Source: the human T2T-CHM13v2.0 reference genome, Homo sapiens
DNA length: 64,000 bases
Reading direction: 5' to 3' (one strand)
Assembly: GCF_009914755.1 (NCBI RefSeq)
Contig: NC_060928.1
Shown here: positions 1-14,800 of the stretch, one piece after another
Layout: the number at the start of each line of letters is the position of its first letter
Numbering within the stretch: position 1 is the stretch's first letter
Made by a program: the position numbers and the translations under genes
The notes under the pieces: model-generated
Databases searched by the model: none
What the model saw: only the letters and a program-made list of their open reading frames with translations
Told to the model about the DNA's origin: nothing

Positions 1-79
1 TTAATGGGTTCAGCACACCAACATGGTACATGTATACATATGTAACTAACCTGCACCTTGTGCACCGTAGAACTTAAAG

Positions 80-82
<3 letters not shown>
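1..82 (+). mobile_element. 3' UTR end of a primate L1PA element (continues upstream of the window)
   Basis: ttaatgggttcagcacaccaacatggtacatgtatacatatgtaactaacctgcac...agaacttaaagtat matches the L1PA 3' terminus (AAAGTAT, not the L1HS AGAGTAT). Confidence 0.9.

Positions 83-125
<43 letters not shown>
83..125. repeat. (TA)n microsatellite in place of the L1 poly(A) tail
   Basis: Uninterrupted TA run directly after the L1 3' end. Confidence 0.95.
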
Positions 126-127
<2 letters not shown>

Positions 128-999
128 TCCCAAATCTTCTTATACTTTTACACATATGTAACCATACTTGGAAAGACATAATGAGGGAATTTACATTTGT
201 TCTATGCAGGTTTGTGTGAGAACAGCCACAGGTGATTATCGTTTTTGCATTTAGAAGCTTAGGTTTAAAAAATTTAATTGGGCATTTTCTGGTTGAAAAT
301 TTAAAAAAATCATAGATACAATGATTAATAACCAGAATTCTAATTGAGAAAATAAACAACAGTATTTGCATGATGTTTACAAATTGGGTGCTCAGGGCAG
401 ATGACCCTGACAGCACATGAATGTAAGCTAAGCAGTTCCAGGCAGGCAGGGAGTCTCTGTTGCTCTACATACTTAAAGGAGAATCATGAAGAAAGAGGCT
501 GCTCAATGGCCAAACTAGTTAAATGCTCAGGTTTAAGCAGGATTCTGTTGTTTTGTTTGTTTTTGTTTTGCTTTGTTTTTGGTAGAAACTTGCTGGATTT
601 TTCAGGAAGGTGCTTAAGAGCACAGAACTAATGAATCTAAGTGAGACATTGAGAGTAGTTTGAGTGACTTGCCCAGGGCTGTATACGATGATTCTAGAGG
701 GACCCGCACTTATAGTCCGCTTGACCTCACTTAAAGTCCTCCAGCATCAGAAAACCAAGAATTCACAAAAATCACAGAGCAGACATTTAACTCTCACAGA
801 GCTGGAGAAGTGATATTTGAAATAAATTTAATCAGGTTTCAGGGAAAAGGGGATTTAACTGACCCAAGAAGGCTATATATAGTAACATAAAATAGTGAAA
901 TTATGGCCAAATGTATATAATTTTAGATTATCAGTCATTTTACTTACAAGAACAATGAAGTGTAAAGAAATTTTGGTATTAGCTTATGATAAACACCAA

Positions 1000-2835
1000 G
1001 ACTTCACGTTTGTTTTCAAGTTCTTTAAATCGACATCAATTTTATAATTTTTATGTATTCATTTTCTGCTTAATCTAGAAATAATGGCAGTGAATTCATC
1101 AAGGTGATCATGAATTGTCTATATGTTCTTCTAGTTCTATCAATTTGTGCTTTAAATATCTTGAAACTTTGTTTTTAAAGGTTCACTCAAGTTTTGAATT
1201 GTATGTTTTTCTATGACATTAACCTTGTATCATTATGTAGTGAAGCTCCATCCCTAGTAATGGTTTTTATGTGAAAATCCATTTTGTCTAATATTAGTAT
1301 ACTGATAACTGCTCTTTTTGGATAAAAACTCTCCCGTATGTATGTTTTTTGATCACTTAACTTTCAACCTTTAAGTGTTATTGTGTTTCATGATATATGA
1401 TACATATATATATTCTAATAAGCTTGTTTTTAACTTAAACATTTAGTTATTTATACTTATTACAAATACTTGATTATTTTAACTTATTATAATCTGTGTG
1501 AGTTTGCTAAGGCTGACACTACAAAATACCCCAGACAACGCCTTAAGCAACACAATTTTACTTTCTCACAGTTCTGGAAGTTGGAAGTCCAAGATAATTG
1601 AAGGGGTTGGCAGATTTGGTTTCTTAGGAGGGCTGTTTTCCCTTTCCTTGCAGATGGCCATCTTCTTGCCGTGTCCTCACATAGTCTTGACTCTGTGCAC
1701 CTGCACCCTGGCATCTCTCTGTGTGTCCACATTTACACAATCAGCTTGGATTAGAGCCCACCCTAAAAAGCTCATTGTAATGTATTCACATTTCAAAAGG
1801 CTCTGTCTTCAAATACAGTCACCTCTGTGGTACTGGAGTTCAAGGTGTCAACATATGAATTTGGGGAGGACACAATTGAACCCATGGCACTATCTTTACA
1901 TTTTGTGTATTTTATTTTTCCTAACTCTTCTATAATTTTCCTTTTCATTATTGCCTTCTATTTAATTGGTTGATTAACTTTATATATCCCACTATAATTT
2001 AAAGGTCATATATACTATTTCTTATTTATTAATAATCATCCTAGATTTATACACACATATGTATCAAATTCTAAAATTGATCAATACATCTGCCCTCATT
2101 CTGGAAAATTCCAGAACATCACAACACTTTAATCACTCCCTCCAAACATACAAGTTTATTTCAAACATTTTAAACATATTATTCTTTTTATTTAAGAAGC
2201 CATTATTGTTGTTTTATACAGTCAATATTTGTTTCTATGTACCTCTATATTTGCAACTTTCTTTGATTATTATTTTTTCTTTATCTTTGACTTGACAGCT
2301 AGAATCACTTCCTTTTGCCTGAAATATATCCTGCAGAATTTCTTTGAGCAATGATCTGATGTTAGTCAAATCCCTCATTATTGTTTTGGTCTGAAGATGT
2401 TTATATTTTGCTCACTGGAAAGAATTTTCCCTGGCGTACTGTTCCTGGATAATTCTTTTATTTTCTGGATTCACTGAAGATAGTACTTCATGCATTTTTG
2501 ATTTCTCAGCTTTCTGTTGAGGCAATAAGTTCTATGCGCCTCTATCTCTGAAAGGGTAGAATTTGTTTCCTGCATCCTCACCCCACAAGGTCATGGAAAC
2601 CTTGCTTGAATTCCCTGAGGTTGGGCAAATGCTTTCAGAACAAAGATTATTTTAAGGCCCTGCTCTCCTCTCTGGGTTCCTGCTTTCACTTAGTTTTTGG
2701 ACTCTGAATATTTCTTTTCCTTGCCAGGGCATCAATGCATTTTACAAGTTATTGTTTTAGATTTTATTCAGAATTTTTATTTGTTTTTAGTAGGAAGGTC
2801 AGTCACAATATCTAGTCTGCCATTCTGCTGGAGAA
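1000..2835 (-). mobile_element. Ancient L1M/HAL1-type LINE, split by an MLT1 LTR
   Basis: T-rich antisense L1-like sequence ending in tctagtctgccattctgctggag, which resembles old L1ME/HAL1 5' ends. Boundaries approximate. Confidence 0.55.
1495..1889 (-). mobile_element. MaLR solo LTR, MLT1B-like
   Basis: TG...CA ends, ~395 bp, with MLT1 motifs tctcacagttctggaagttggaagtccaagat, cagatggccatcttct and ggacacaattgaacccat. Confidence 0.85.
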
Positions 2836-2931
2836 ATAAGTTTGGTTCATCTCTCATTTAAAGACAGTGGGGAGGATATTTGGGATATTTTTCTTTTTCT
2901 GTAATATAATTCCATGGGTGGGGGCTTCTCT

Positions 2932-2934
<3 letters not shown>

Positions 2935-2977
<43 letters not shown>
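2935..2977. repeat. (TG)n microsatellite
   Basis: Direct read, about 21 units, preceded by a short (CT)n run. Confidence 0.97.
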
Positions 2978-2980
<3 letters not shown>

Positions 2981-3473
2981 AATATGACATAACTGACATT
3001 GGGAGCAAGCTTGATGGTGAAAAGATGTCCAGCACCTTTAGGAATGAATATGAAATTATGAAATATTGAGAATTATAGCTCATGTTCTTGTTTAAGGAGG
3101 CGCAGCCTTGCTAGACATTGGTCTGTAGTGTGAGTCGCAAGAAGTCTCTGAGTTACCATTTGTTTATAATTTGTGCTGCATAAATTAAGAAATAAGTGGC
3201 TTAAAAGCATGGAGAAATTGATACTAATTTACATGGAGTTATGTGGGCAAAATGAAAAGGGCTGAGGATTGAAGTCTGTATAAGAATGCACCCAGGAATA
3301 ACAAAGAATGCTAGTTTCTCCTGCCATATCTGTAGGATATATAACTAATCCATCACAACACTTTCTCCCCTTAACCAAGAACTTGCTTGAGAATCCTTTT
3401 CAGCACAGTATTCTCAGCATTCAGTGTTAAACAATCAGAGAAGGCAATCAAGATAAAGCTATCAGCATAATAA

Positions 3474-3838
<365 letters not shown>

Positions 3839-4021
3839 GAGTAACATGTGTTTTTAGGTGCAGTGGGGAAAAAGAAGCTGTTCAATGTTATAACCACTCT
3901 TTCAGAAGCCCTGCTTCCTATGGTCACTCATATTAGTGTTTTACATCATTCTATCCTATGGCATTCCATAATAAATCAGCTCTTTTATATTTTTGTCTTA
4001 TTCTCTATTCTGTGCTACCAG

Positions 4022-4164
4022 TCCGTGATCTTTATTCGTGACAGAAATTCTCATGGGCAAGAGATATCAGGATACATCGACTATGCCCACAGGCTAAAGA
4101 CGGAAGATTTTGAAGTCTACTTTACTGGAAAAAAAAGACTTCTTCCAAGGCCTACAGATATAAG
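4022..4164 (+). CDS. CFAP299: Internal coding exon of cilia- and flagella-associated protein 299 (C4orf22, DUF4464 family)
   Basis: Pyrimidine tract plus CAG acceptor (AG 4020-4021) and AG|GTAAAT donor at 4165. 143 bp = 47 codons + 2 nt (phase 0 in, phase 2 out). The translation matches my recollection of human CFAP299, whose next exon continues S-FYNWD. I did not see that next exon in this window. Confidence 0.93.
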
Positions 4165-4911
4165 GTAAATTACATACAATTTTTGCACCCTTAGAGGCAG
4201 GGACAAAGACTTTTTATTTTATGGTCTACATTGTGCCTAAAATGCTAATGTATATATAACAGGAATGTGATATAACTGGTTATTAATATGAAAATAACTA
4301 AATCTTAAAATAAGGAATAAGCATAGATGCATTGTTTTTCCTTTAACAGCCTGAGAAAAAGGATTCTTCAGAGACAAGATAAGTAAATTCCCAGTGACAT
4401 TCCTTTTTAATGATAAGTAGTGCCTAAATTTTGTTAACCTCATGAGGCTTTTGCAGCACTTGGGACTTGGTCTGTCCAGAAGCCTCAAGAACTGCTCATC
4501 TAACATGTTTTCCTCCACTTTTCTTTGGTCACCAGCCAAAGTGCTGGCCCCTGATCAGCTCACCCTCATTTCTCTCATCTCTGTCCTATTCTGGGACACC
4601 CATTCCTTAACACCCATCATTCTTTTTACTACCAATGCTTGCCTTTTATTCTAGAACCCTTATCTATCACCTAGCATCTACCCTACACTGCCAATCTATT
4701 CACAGATGGGTTCTTCTACTCCCTTCTAAATAGCATGCAAGCTAAAACTTTTTATTCCCTCTTACTTAACTATAGAACCCCAAAATTAAGTAGCAGCATT
4801 ATGCTTTAACTCTCCACTGCTGTATTCAGATCATTATTTGATGATTATAACAATACCTACCTCCTCTGAGATGCCTGTTATCCTCTATCCACCCTTACTG
4901 ATATTATCTGA

Positions 4912-5235
<324 letters not shown>

Positions 5236-5739
5236 CCCATCTCCACTGTAATGGACTTAGCTCTTTCCTGTCCTACCTAGGATAACATTTCATTTAACTT
5301 CTCTCTTGCAGTAATGCCCATTGCCCATGTCTTTTTGATTTTTGGTTGTATCTGACCTACTAACATTCCAAAGTCAATCGATCCACACATTTTTTTCACT
5401 GCACTTGTAGCTACCCCACTGGGTACTGCTGAAGGAAATTTTAGGAAATTTCACAAAACTGTGGATTGCTGTGCTAATAACTTATGGTTTCCAAACTCAA
5501 TTGAGTCCTTTATGATTCTTAAAACTTATGTTCAAAATTAAATTCATTTTAATTCCTGAAGCCTGCTATTGCTTCTGTGTCACCTGTCTTGGCAAATGGC
5601 ATCACCCTTGAAACCAAAGGCAAAATCCAGATGTTATCCTAGACCTCTTGTTTTTCATCACCACCTTTATAACTAATAATTTATTAAAAACACTGAATTC
5701 TATTATCTTAGCAGCTTTGTTTTGTTAAAGCAAATTTAA

Positions 5740-7140
5740 GATATCTCATTTCACCTGCAAACACTTCAGCATGGATCTTTATCTGATACCATTTTTAAAG
5801 AAAACATCTTGGCATTATCATACCTAACAAAATACTTTCCTTAATGTCATCTAATACCTAGTTCACATTTCATTTTCACCCTTAATAACATTTAATTGAC
5901 TGTCTAATTTATTTTTTATAGTTTGTTTGACCAGTCAAAATTCAAGTGATTTTGTGTTTTGTCTTACTATATCTTGACCTCTTGCATGCTTTTTTTTTTT
6001 TTTACAACAGTCCCCCTCATTCTTTTTATCTTCTACGCTATTGATTTGTTGGAGAAACCAGGTCCTGATAAACATTGTCCTCAAATGTCTCACATTCTGG
6101 ATTTTACTGATCCAGTAAAATCGTGCTGTTTATTCTACTATCTATGTTCCTCTATTCCCTATAAACTGATTTGATTAAATGCAGTATAATTTTTTTCTAA
6201 GTAAGAAATTTTAATATGTGATGCTCTGTACTGACTATCGCCCCAGTTTTAGATCTCCTGAGCTCGATCAGTAGGTTCAAGTGGTGTCAGTCTAATTACT
6301 TCATTACAAGATTTTCCATAAAATTTCACCCAATGGTGTTAGCATCTATTATTGAAAGCTACCTAAATGTTTTTACTAAGGGTTGAATAATGGTGAATCT
6401 ATAATTATATTATTTATCCTGAATTTTTTAACTTGAATTCTTCTATAGAGAAAAACTTTTCCTTATCACTTATTTGGTTACCTTGAAATAAATTCCTGCA
6501 GAAATACAAAATAAATATTTTTTTCATTTATAGAAAATTTGAAGCCAGAAACACAAAAGAGTGTAGAGATTATACCAAATTATTTTTCAGAGTAGTTGTA
6601 TCATTTTGTATCCATGAGAAATACTGCATAAGTGATCTGGTTATCCCTCATCCTCACCAACACAAGATATTAACAAACTGTTCTTTCCCACTGTAGTGAG
6701 TTATAAATGATCTCTCAATGTGGTTTTCATTTTTATTTACTTGATTATTTATTAGATTGGGTATCTTTTATTGGCTGTTCAGATTTTCTTTCTGTGAAGT
6801 ACCTATTAAGATTTTTCCCTGTTATTTCAAGTGAGCTATTCTTTTTCTTGCAAATTATAAGATTCGTTTTATTTATTTTTGGATATTGATTAATCCTTTG
6901 CCTCTTATGTGTATTTCAAAATATCATCTCTCTGTGTGTAGTTCTTCTTCTTTTTTTTTTTTCATTGATTTTGATGGTCAGAAATCAGAAGTTCTGATAG
7001 TCATCTTAATGCATTTTAAACTTTACCTCTGCAGTTTGTGCTTTTGTATTTTGTTTAATAAACCCCATCCTTTTTGGAAGTCATAAATATACTGTCTTAT
7101 AGGATATTATAGTTTTGCTTTTGATTTTATATCTTTAACT
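5740..7140 (-). mobile_element. Old L1MC/L1ME 3' region fragments
   Basis: Antisense L1M 3' UTR motifs (acacttcagcatg, ttccttaatgtcatctaata, tctcacattctggattt) and ORF2-end motifs (catcctcaccaacac, tgtggttttcatttt). Confidence 0.6.
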
Positions 7141-8359
7141 GCCCAGTATTAATATAGCATATGGTAGTTAGGCAGTTGTTATTAGGGGAAAAAGTCCCTT
7201 AGGTGTATGAAGTTCCATACTTAGTTTGATTCAGAACTAAAGCCAAAATTTAAAATTAAATATTTCATAAAGTCTCTATATCCTTACCTTTTAGCATGGT
7301 CTTTTATTCTATGCAGAGACAAACATTTTGTGGCTATGATTAGAATCTGGTCTTGCATTTTTACTGTGGAAAATATAAATGTCAATAGACAGCTGCTACT
7401 ATTATGAAATGTAGCAGTAGAAAGGGCCCTGACCAAACTGGCAATCTTTTCAATTCAGCTTCCATCTTAACTATGTCTTTAAGATTCAGTACTTTCTTTT
7501 TGACACACTTGTGAGTAATTATAAGTGGATAGCAGGTTACAATTTCAAGTTCCTTCACACTTCCCTGTTGATATGGGCATGACAAGCATTATTCTTACCA
7601 TCAGAGAGAGGAAAAGATAAAGAGTAAACCACTTACTAAAGTTCATAAGTGAAACACTGATGAGACAGGACAAGTTCTTCAGCATTCTAATTCACTGTTC
7701 ACCTCTAGAACACTATTCCTGGTTTAAGCTTTTATATCCCAAGGACAACTGTACCATGTAGAATCACTTATAAGCTCCGCATATATTTGCATACATTTCC
7801 ATGTTTATGCATGTGTTGAACAAAGATCTAAGGCTTGCCTATAGAGCTCTACCCATCCCTCAGATAGGATAATCAAGAGGAAATGAAAAACTTTTCTTTG
7901 TGTTTCTTTTTAGAGCTTCCATGAAATATTCATACCCTTGACCAGAAAATGACCTTAAATACTAAAGCTTTGAAAGGTATTATTGTCAAATTTCCCTTGA
8001 AGTCCCATTGTCTGTTTTATTAAAATGTTTAACGTTCCAAGCCCCTGAAGTTAGAATTATATGCACTTATCCTGTGCTTAAGTGCATTCTTCTGAAAGCA
8101 TTCTGGTAACATATTGGCTGATTCTCAAGTTTAAAAAGGAAAAAATAAAGCAGTAAATGAACCCAGGGTTTCTACAAATAGTATTAAAATATTGCCTATT
8201 TTTAAAGTTATTAATGCTTTTCCAAATTCGAATATGGTGATTGTTCATTAGAATATTAGTTTAGTCTGTTCAGCAGATATTCACTGAATTTGAAAGAGGG
8301 GGAAATACTTTGAGCGAAAACCTACTAACTAAAGGAGACTTGCCGCAACTACCTAGCTC

Positions 8360-8815
8360 CTTGATACGCAAAGTATAGTCCATGAACCCACAGTGAAGCA
8401 TCTCAGGTTCTCTTCCAACCACTGAGTTAGAATTAGTATATTAACATGATCCTCAATATTTCCATATGCTTATTTGTCTTAGTTTGTGCTGCTATAACAA
8501 AATACCACAGACTGTGTAATTTATAAACAATAGAAATTTATTTATCATGGTTTTGGAGGCTGGAAAATCCAAGACCAAGGTGCTGGCAGAATTGCCATTT
8601 GGTGAGGCCTCCTTTCTGCTTCCAAGATGGTGCCAGAAAAGGGCTTAAACTAGTTCCCTCCAATTTCTTTATAAGGCACTAATCCATTTCTGAGGCAGAA
8701 GTATCATGACTTAATCACTTTCCAAAAGCCCTACCACTTAATACACCAGTTTTAACATAAATTTTGGAGGGGACACATTCAAACCATAGCAATATTAAAT
8801 TTTGAGAAGCATGCC
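8360..8815. mobile_element. MER5-family hAT DNA transposon, interrupted by an MLT1A LTR
   Basis: caaagtatagtccatgaacc...aacatgatcctca...tatgct [LTR] attaaattttgagaagca is colinear with the MER5 consensus across the LTR. Confidence 0.6.
8475..8791 (-). mobile_element. MaLR solo LTR, MLT1A-like
   Basis: tgtcttagtttgtgctgctataacaaaataccacagactg...ggacacattcaaaccatagca. Flanks TTATT/ATATT are a 4/5 TSD. Confidence 0.85.
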
Positions 8816-8820
8816 CTAGA

Positions 8821-9150
8821 CTGGTGCTCTCTAGTAGGGTAGCTACTACCCGCATATGGCCACCGAGTACTTGATGTATGGTTAACCTTGAATTAAGATG
8901 TACTGTGAGTGTAAAATGCACACTTGATTCTGAAGACTTCTCATAAAAATATAAAATGTCTTATTAGTAATTATTATTTCATGTTAAAATAATAATGTGA
9001 TAGATATTTTGAGTTATAAAATACATTATTAAAATAATTTTACCTATTTCTTTTTATTTGTTTTTAATGCGACTACTAGAAAATTCAAAAATACATCTGT
9101 GGTTCACATTGCTGGCTCATATCGTATTATATCTCCATTAAGCAACACTC
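8821..9150. mobile_element. MER33-like hAT DNA transposon
   Basis: gtagctactacccgcatatggc...gtgtaaaatgcacac...actagaaaattcaaaaatacatctgtggttcacat, ~330 bp. Confidence 0.7.
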
Positions 9151-9247
9151 TTCTGGTCTACTTGTCCCCAACCCAGAGGCTCAATCTCACCCCAATCTTT
9201 AGAACCAGTACTAATCTTAGATAGGTATGATGTAAAAAGCCAGAAAC

Positions 9248-9890
<643 letters not shown>

Positions 9891-10247
9891 GTTTAAACTG
9901 CTATCTTAGATTCTAGAGGTCATATTTTCTGTTAGCCTAGTCATGATATTCTTTGCTCACCCACTACGTGTGAGTTTATTTCAGCCCTTGGTCTCCCTCA
10001 GGTTGTTCCATACCGTGGTTACAAGGTTGAACTGCGTCAGTCTGAGATGATTATGATGATGATTTAAAAACAATGATGATGTTAACTGAGCACTTACTGT
10101 GCATAGTACTAATTAATAACTAAAGCACTGTACTAAATAATTTATATATTACATATTATATATAAATATTATATATTACATTTATAAATATTATATTATA
10201 TATAATATTTCATTTTCTCTTTACAACAACCTTATAGGTTAGGGACC

Positions 10248-10611
10248 TGATATGGTTTGGCTGTGTCACCACCCAAATCTCATCTTGAATTGTAATCCAT
10301 ATAATCCTCACATGTCACGGGAGGGACCTGATGGAAGGTAATTGAATCATGGGGGCAGTTTTCTCCATACTGTTCTCAGGATAGTGAGTGAGTTCTCACA
10401 AGATCTGATGGTTTTATAAGCAACTGGCATTTCCCCTGCTGGCACTCATTCTCTCTCCTGCTTTCCTGGGAAGAGGTGCCTTCTGCCATGATTGTAAGTT
10501 TCCTGAGGCCTCCCCAGCCATGTGGAACTGTAAGTTAATTAGACCTCTTTTCTTTATAAACTTCCCAGTCTTGGGTGTTTCCTTATAGCAATATAATAAT
10601 GGACTAATACA
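10248..10611 (+). mobile_element. THE1C MaLR solo LTR, apparently inserted into a MIR
   Basis: tgatatggtttggctgtgtc...ctggcatttcccctgctggcactcattctctctcctg...ggactaataca. Flanks GGACC/AGACC (4/5 TSD). MIR-like sequence on both sides. Confidence 0.92.
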
Positions 10612-11685
10612 AGACCTTTTTCACATTTTAACACTTAAAAAACCTGTATCATTAAAGTGTTAGCTGGCTTAACCAAAGTTATATACAGACACATACATAT
10701 GTACAACCAGAAATCCAGGACCAAACAGAGATCACTGCCATTATTTTTTTTAATTCAGTACATTATTCCATTTAAGACTTTGACATGTAAAGATGTCACT
10801 TTTGACCTCAAATCCATATCCCAATCCTTCCCAGGTCATATTTTTTTTTGTCAGAAGTGTGTCTCCTGTGACAAGACCTAATTTAGGAATATTTTTCAGA
10901 ACTTTAAGCAATCCTGCTGTCCACAGTTAAGACTAGGAAATTTTGGCCATCCTGTACCCACCCTTGCCACTTCCTTCTTTCATTGAGCTTGGCAGAAAAC
11001 ACCCCTTTGTACTTAACCAGGCTTTCATTTTCAGTCACTGTGAGTAAGAATTATAGTGTCCCCACAGCTTTGTGTGTGGAAGAGCTCTGAACAGAATTAA
11101 AAGTGACCTGTAATTGTGGTTTCAGCCTAAAAGTCTTTAGGGAAACATTGGCCCTGACTTGTTGAACCTCAGTTATGTCCCAGGATACTTTTAGAATCTA
11201 CTCATATCCTCTGAACTGTGGTTCAAAAAAATTTTGTAATATCTACTTGGAATTCTTTTACAGATAAATTTAATTTTCCAATACTTAACTCATTTTAGCT
11301 TCTCTTTATTCCAAGCTAAATATTAAGTACTGTCTCTCATGGAAAATTCAGAAATAGAGCAGAGATCCCAAAAGCCATATACTGTGCATATAACCCATAA
11401 ACTAGGACTAACAATTCCTACTGAATCCTTACTAGAGTATCTGTCTGTGTCATCTAATGACAGAAATTATTCATGCACAGTTTGGTCCATTGCTTTAAAA
11501 GAAAAAGTCAGAATCCCAGAGCAATCACTTGGTAGTTTCTTTAGTTGTCTAGAATGTGTTTCCTTGAAGATTGTGTCTCTGGATAAACCTTAAGTGAATA
11601 ATTAGAGATCTCACAAAACCTCTAGTTTATTGACACTGACTGTGGTTAAGACAGGATTACTCTACATAAGATTTTTTCCAACTTT

Positions 11686-12580
11686 TTAAAATTTTTGGTC
11701 AAAAATACACAACATAAAATTTCAGTTTAACCGTTTAAAGTGTACAGTTGAGTGACATTAAATACATTCAAATTTTTGTGCAACTTTTTCAACTTTTTAT
11801 TATTAATTTTTTTTAAGTTTTGGAAAAGTTCAAAGAATAGTACAATGAAGGCTAATATACTCACAACCTAGACAAAACAATTGTTAACATTTTTCCAAAC
11901 TTGCTTCAATTCTCTTTTGGTATTTTGGTGTGTGTTTATTTGTGTCTATGTTTGTACTATTTGAAAGTAGCTTACAGATTTCACCTTAAAATATTTCATC
12001 TTGCGTCTCATGAGTATAAGGACATCCTCCTACATAACATCACCATTATTTTAGATAAAAATTCATAATTATTTTCTACTGTCATCTAATGTTTAGCTCA
12101 TATTTAAATTTTCTTAAGTATGTCCAAAATGTATTATAGCTACTTGTGTGAATCATCATTCAATGTATAAAAATTACATTGCTTGTGTCTCTTTACTGTC
12201 CTTTTCTTTAAAAGAGCACCTCTCTCCATACTTCCCAGCCAAATATTCTTTTCTTTGTGATGACATTGACGTTTTAAAAACACAGGACCCTTGTCTTTTA
12301 GATTGTTCCACATTCTGAACTTGTCTGATTGTTTCCTTGTGGTAATATCTGACTCATTTCTCTTATCTGTGTATTTTCTTTATACTGGGAGATAACTCTA
12401 AAGGCTTCATTTTGTTCAGTATAAATATTTCTTTTAGACAAGAACTTCTCCATTACATATTGCATCATATCAGGAAGCACCTAATGTCAAGTTGTCTCAT
12501 TATCAGTGATGCTCAGTTTGACCTGTTGGTTAAAGAAGACTTGCTATATCATTCCTCTAAAAAGATATATTTTCCTTTTT
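11686..12580 (-). mobile_element. Short L1MB-type 3' end (11686-11785) abutting an L1MC/ME 3' UTR (11790-12580)
   Basis: aacataaaattt...aagtgtacagttgagtgacattaaatacattca, then aaagttcaaagaatagtacaatgaa...aacaattgttaacattt. Confidence 0.6.
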
Positions 12581-14478
12581 TAACAAAATTTAATACCTAA
12601 ACTAGTATGAAATAACTTTTGTGTATTTATGTAAGCCTACTTGTTTTTCTGTTTTTTTCTTTAAAATTTACATTTTACAAGAAAGTATATTAGTAGCAAA
12701 TTAACTTTGCTTTCCACAGTTATTTTCATTTAATTTTCTAAATTAGAAGAAAGGATAGTACTTGTGAAAACAGAATTTAAGTAGAGTTAAAGCTGTAAGT
12801 GGAGCTTGCAGGAATTGTACACAACTTTCAATGTAGAAATAAGCTATGCACCAAAATTAAATTGTTTATTGTTTAGAACTCAGAATCATTTTCCTTGAGA
12901 TATTGTCTTATCAGAGATAGTTTGTCAGGTCATGTCACAAATTTTCAAACCCATTATTTCCATGGAAAACTTAATTTTATTTTATGTGGCAAAAATAAAC
13001 TTGAGGACATTAAATAAATATTTCTACTGTCCTATAGCTTCCCTATCTCATCTCTTATGATGACTGTATCATTTGGGTTAATAAAAGAAATAAGGATGCA
13101 CCATGATCATTATTCTTTAGATAACATTTCCATGGGCACCACACAATAAAATCACTAAGGTAAATGATGCTTCAGGGGACACATTTCACCCTCTGGGGCA
13201 TCAGGAAATATCAGTTCCTATTCTTGGAGTACATGTAACTCAGTATATTTCAGGAAGAATTTGTGCAGTGGTCCAACATTAGCAACTTCAGTAGCCCTAT
13301 AAGTCTAGTGATAATTGGAAATCTAAAATCTAGAGATGCTTAAGTACAAACCCCACAAATGAAGAGAGAAATAATTAGCTTGCTTATGGACAACAGGGTA
13401 GATGTAACAAAAATGGGACTAGATCTTAGGTCTCCTAATCCCTAGTCCAATTTTTTTTTAACATTCCAGCATGCTGTATATTTATCTATTCTTTGATTGC
13501 CTGACCATTACACATTAGAAGAATTACATGTTAATTTAGCTGTAGAAGTGACAGTATAATGTTAACTTGTTGGTTACTTGGATCTAAAAATCTCATCTCT
13601 GTATTTTCATTTGTTTTTAACACTCGGCATTTTTACTTTCAATCGAAATTTATGTTTAATTTTTATTTATTTTTTACATATTATTTTTAAAGAGTGTGAG
13701 TGAAGCAGATAAGCCCTCAAGATGTGTAATTTTAATTAATGAACATACTTTACAATCTGTTAACATGTGTATGCACCACTGTGCCAAAATTTAATGAAAT
13801 GGGTTAATGGCACTTATTAAAGTTGTTCGGCTTCTCTAGTCATAACACAGAATTCAACCTTTTCCTCCATTTCTTATATTCAAATAAATAAAGTGATAAA
13901 TGAGTCTAAGCATGAAAAGTCAAGTCAGTCAGAATGCCTACATACCTTCTTATTATTTCCTATAATCTGTCTTTACTATCATTCATGCATTTGGAGGTCT
14001 ACAAAGTCAGACCTTTGGGATTCTATTGTTTAAATTCCAGGATAAACTGAGTACCAAAGTCCTTTGACTGTGATGCACTGTCAAGAAAGTTCAGAAAATG
14101 AACATAAAAAATGAAGAATGGGAAAAAGAAATGAGGAAAGAAAGGAGAAACAGGAGGAGGGAAGCGGGGAGAAAGGGGGGGAGAGAATCTATTCAAACAA
14201 GAAAGGAAGGAGGGAAGAGAGGATGGAAATGGCTTGAAGTTCATGAAAACACCTCCAAATTAGGAAGTCTTCTTGAATGCCTTTTGTATAAATACATGAA
14301 ATGAGTTCATTTAAATAAGAATTATTGCTTTGAGAGAAGGTGGGGGAATGTCAGCAAGACAGAAAAGTAGAAAGCCATAGCTTTTATTTCTCCAGAAAAA
14401 AAAAATGTCAATATAACAACAGTATTAGTACCAAAATATTTTGAGGAGAAATTCAGAATGCGGTTAAGAAATATAATC

Positions 14479-14800
<322 letters not shown>

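Noticed and set aside
3848-4168. 106-aa ORF as a standalone gene
   Set aside because: Only 4022-4164 is exon. The upstream part is intron, and the stop is the TAA inside the GTAAAT donor, which is common at phase-2 introns.
13480-13960. TAAT-rich unique stretch as a conserved enhancer
   Set aside because: TAAT motifs are expected at this AT content, and conservation cannot be judged without alignments.
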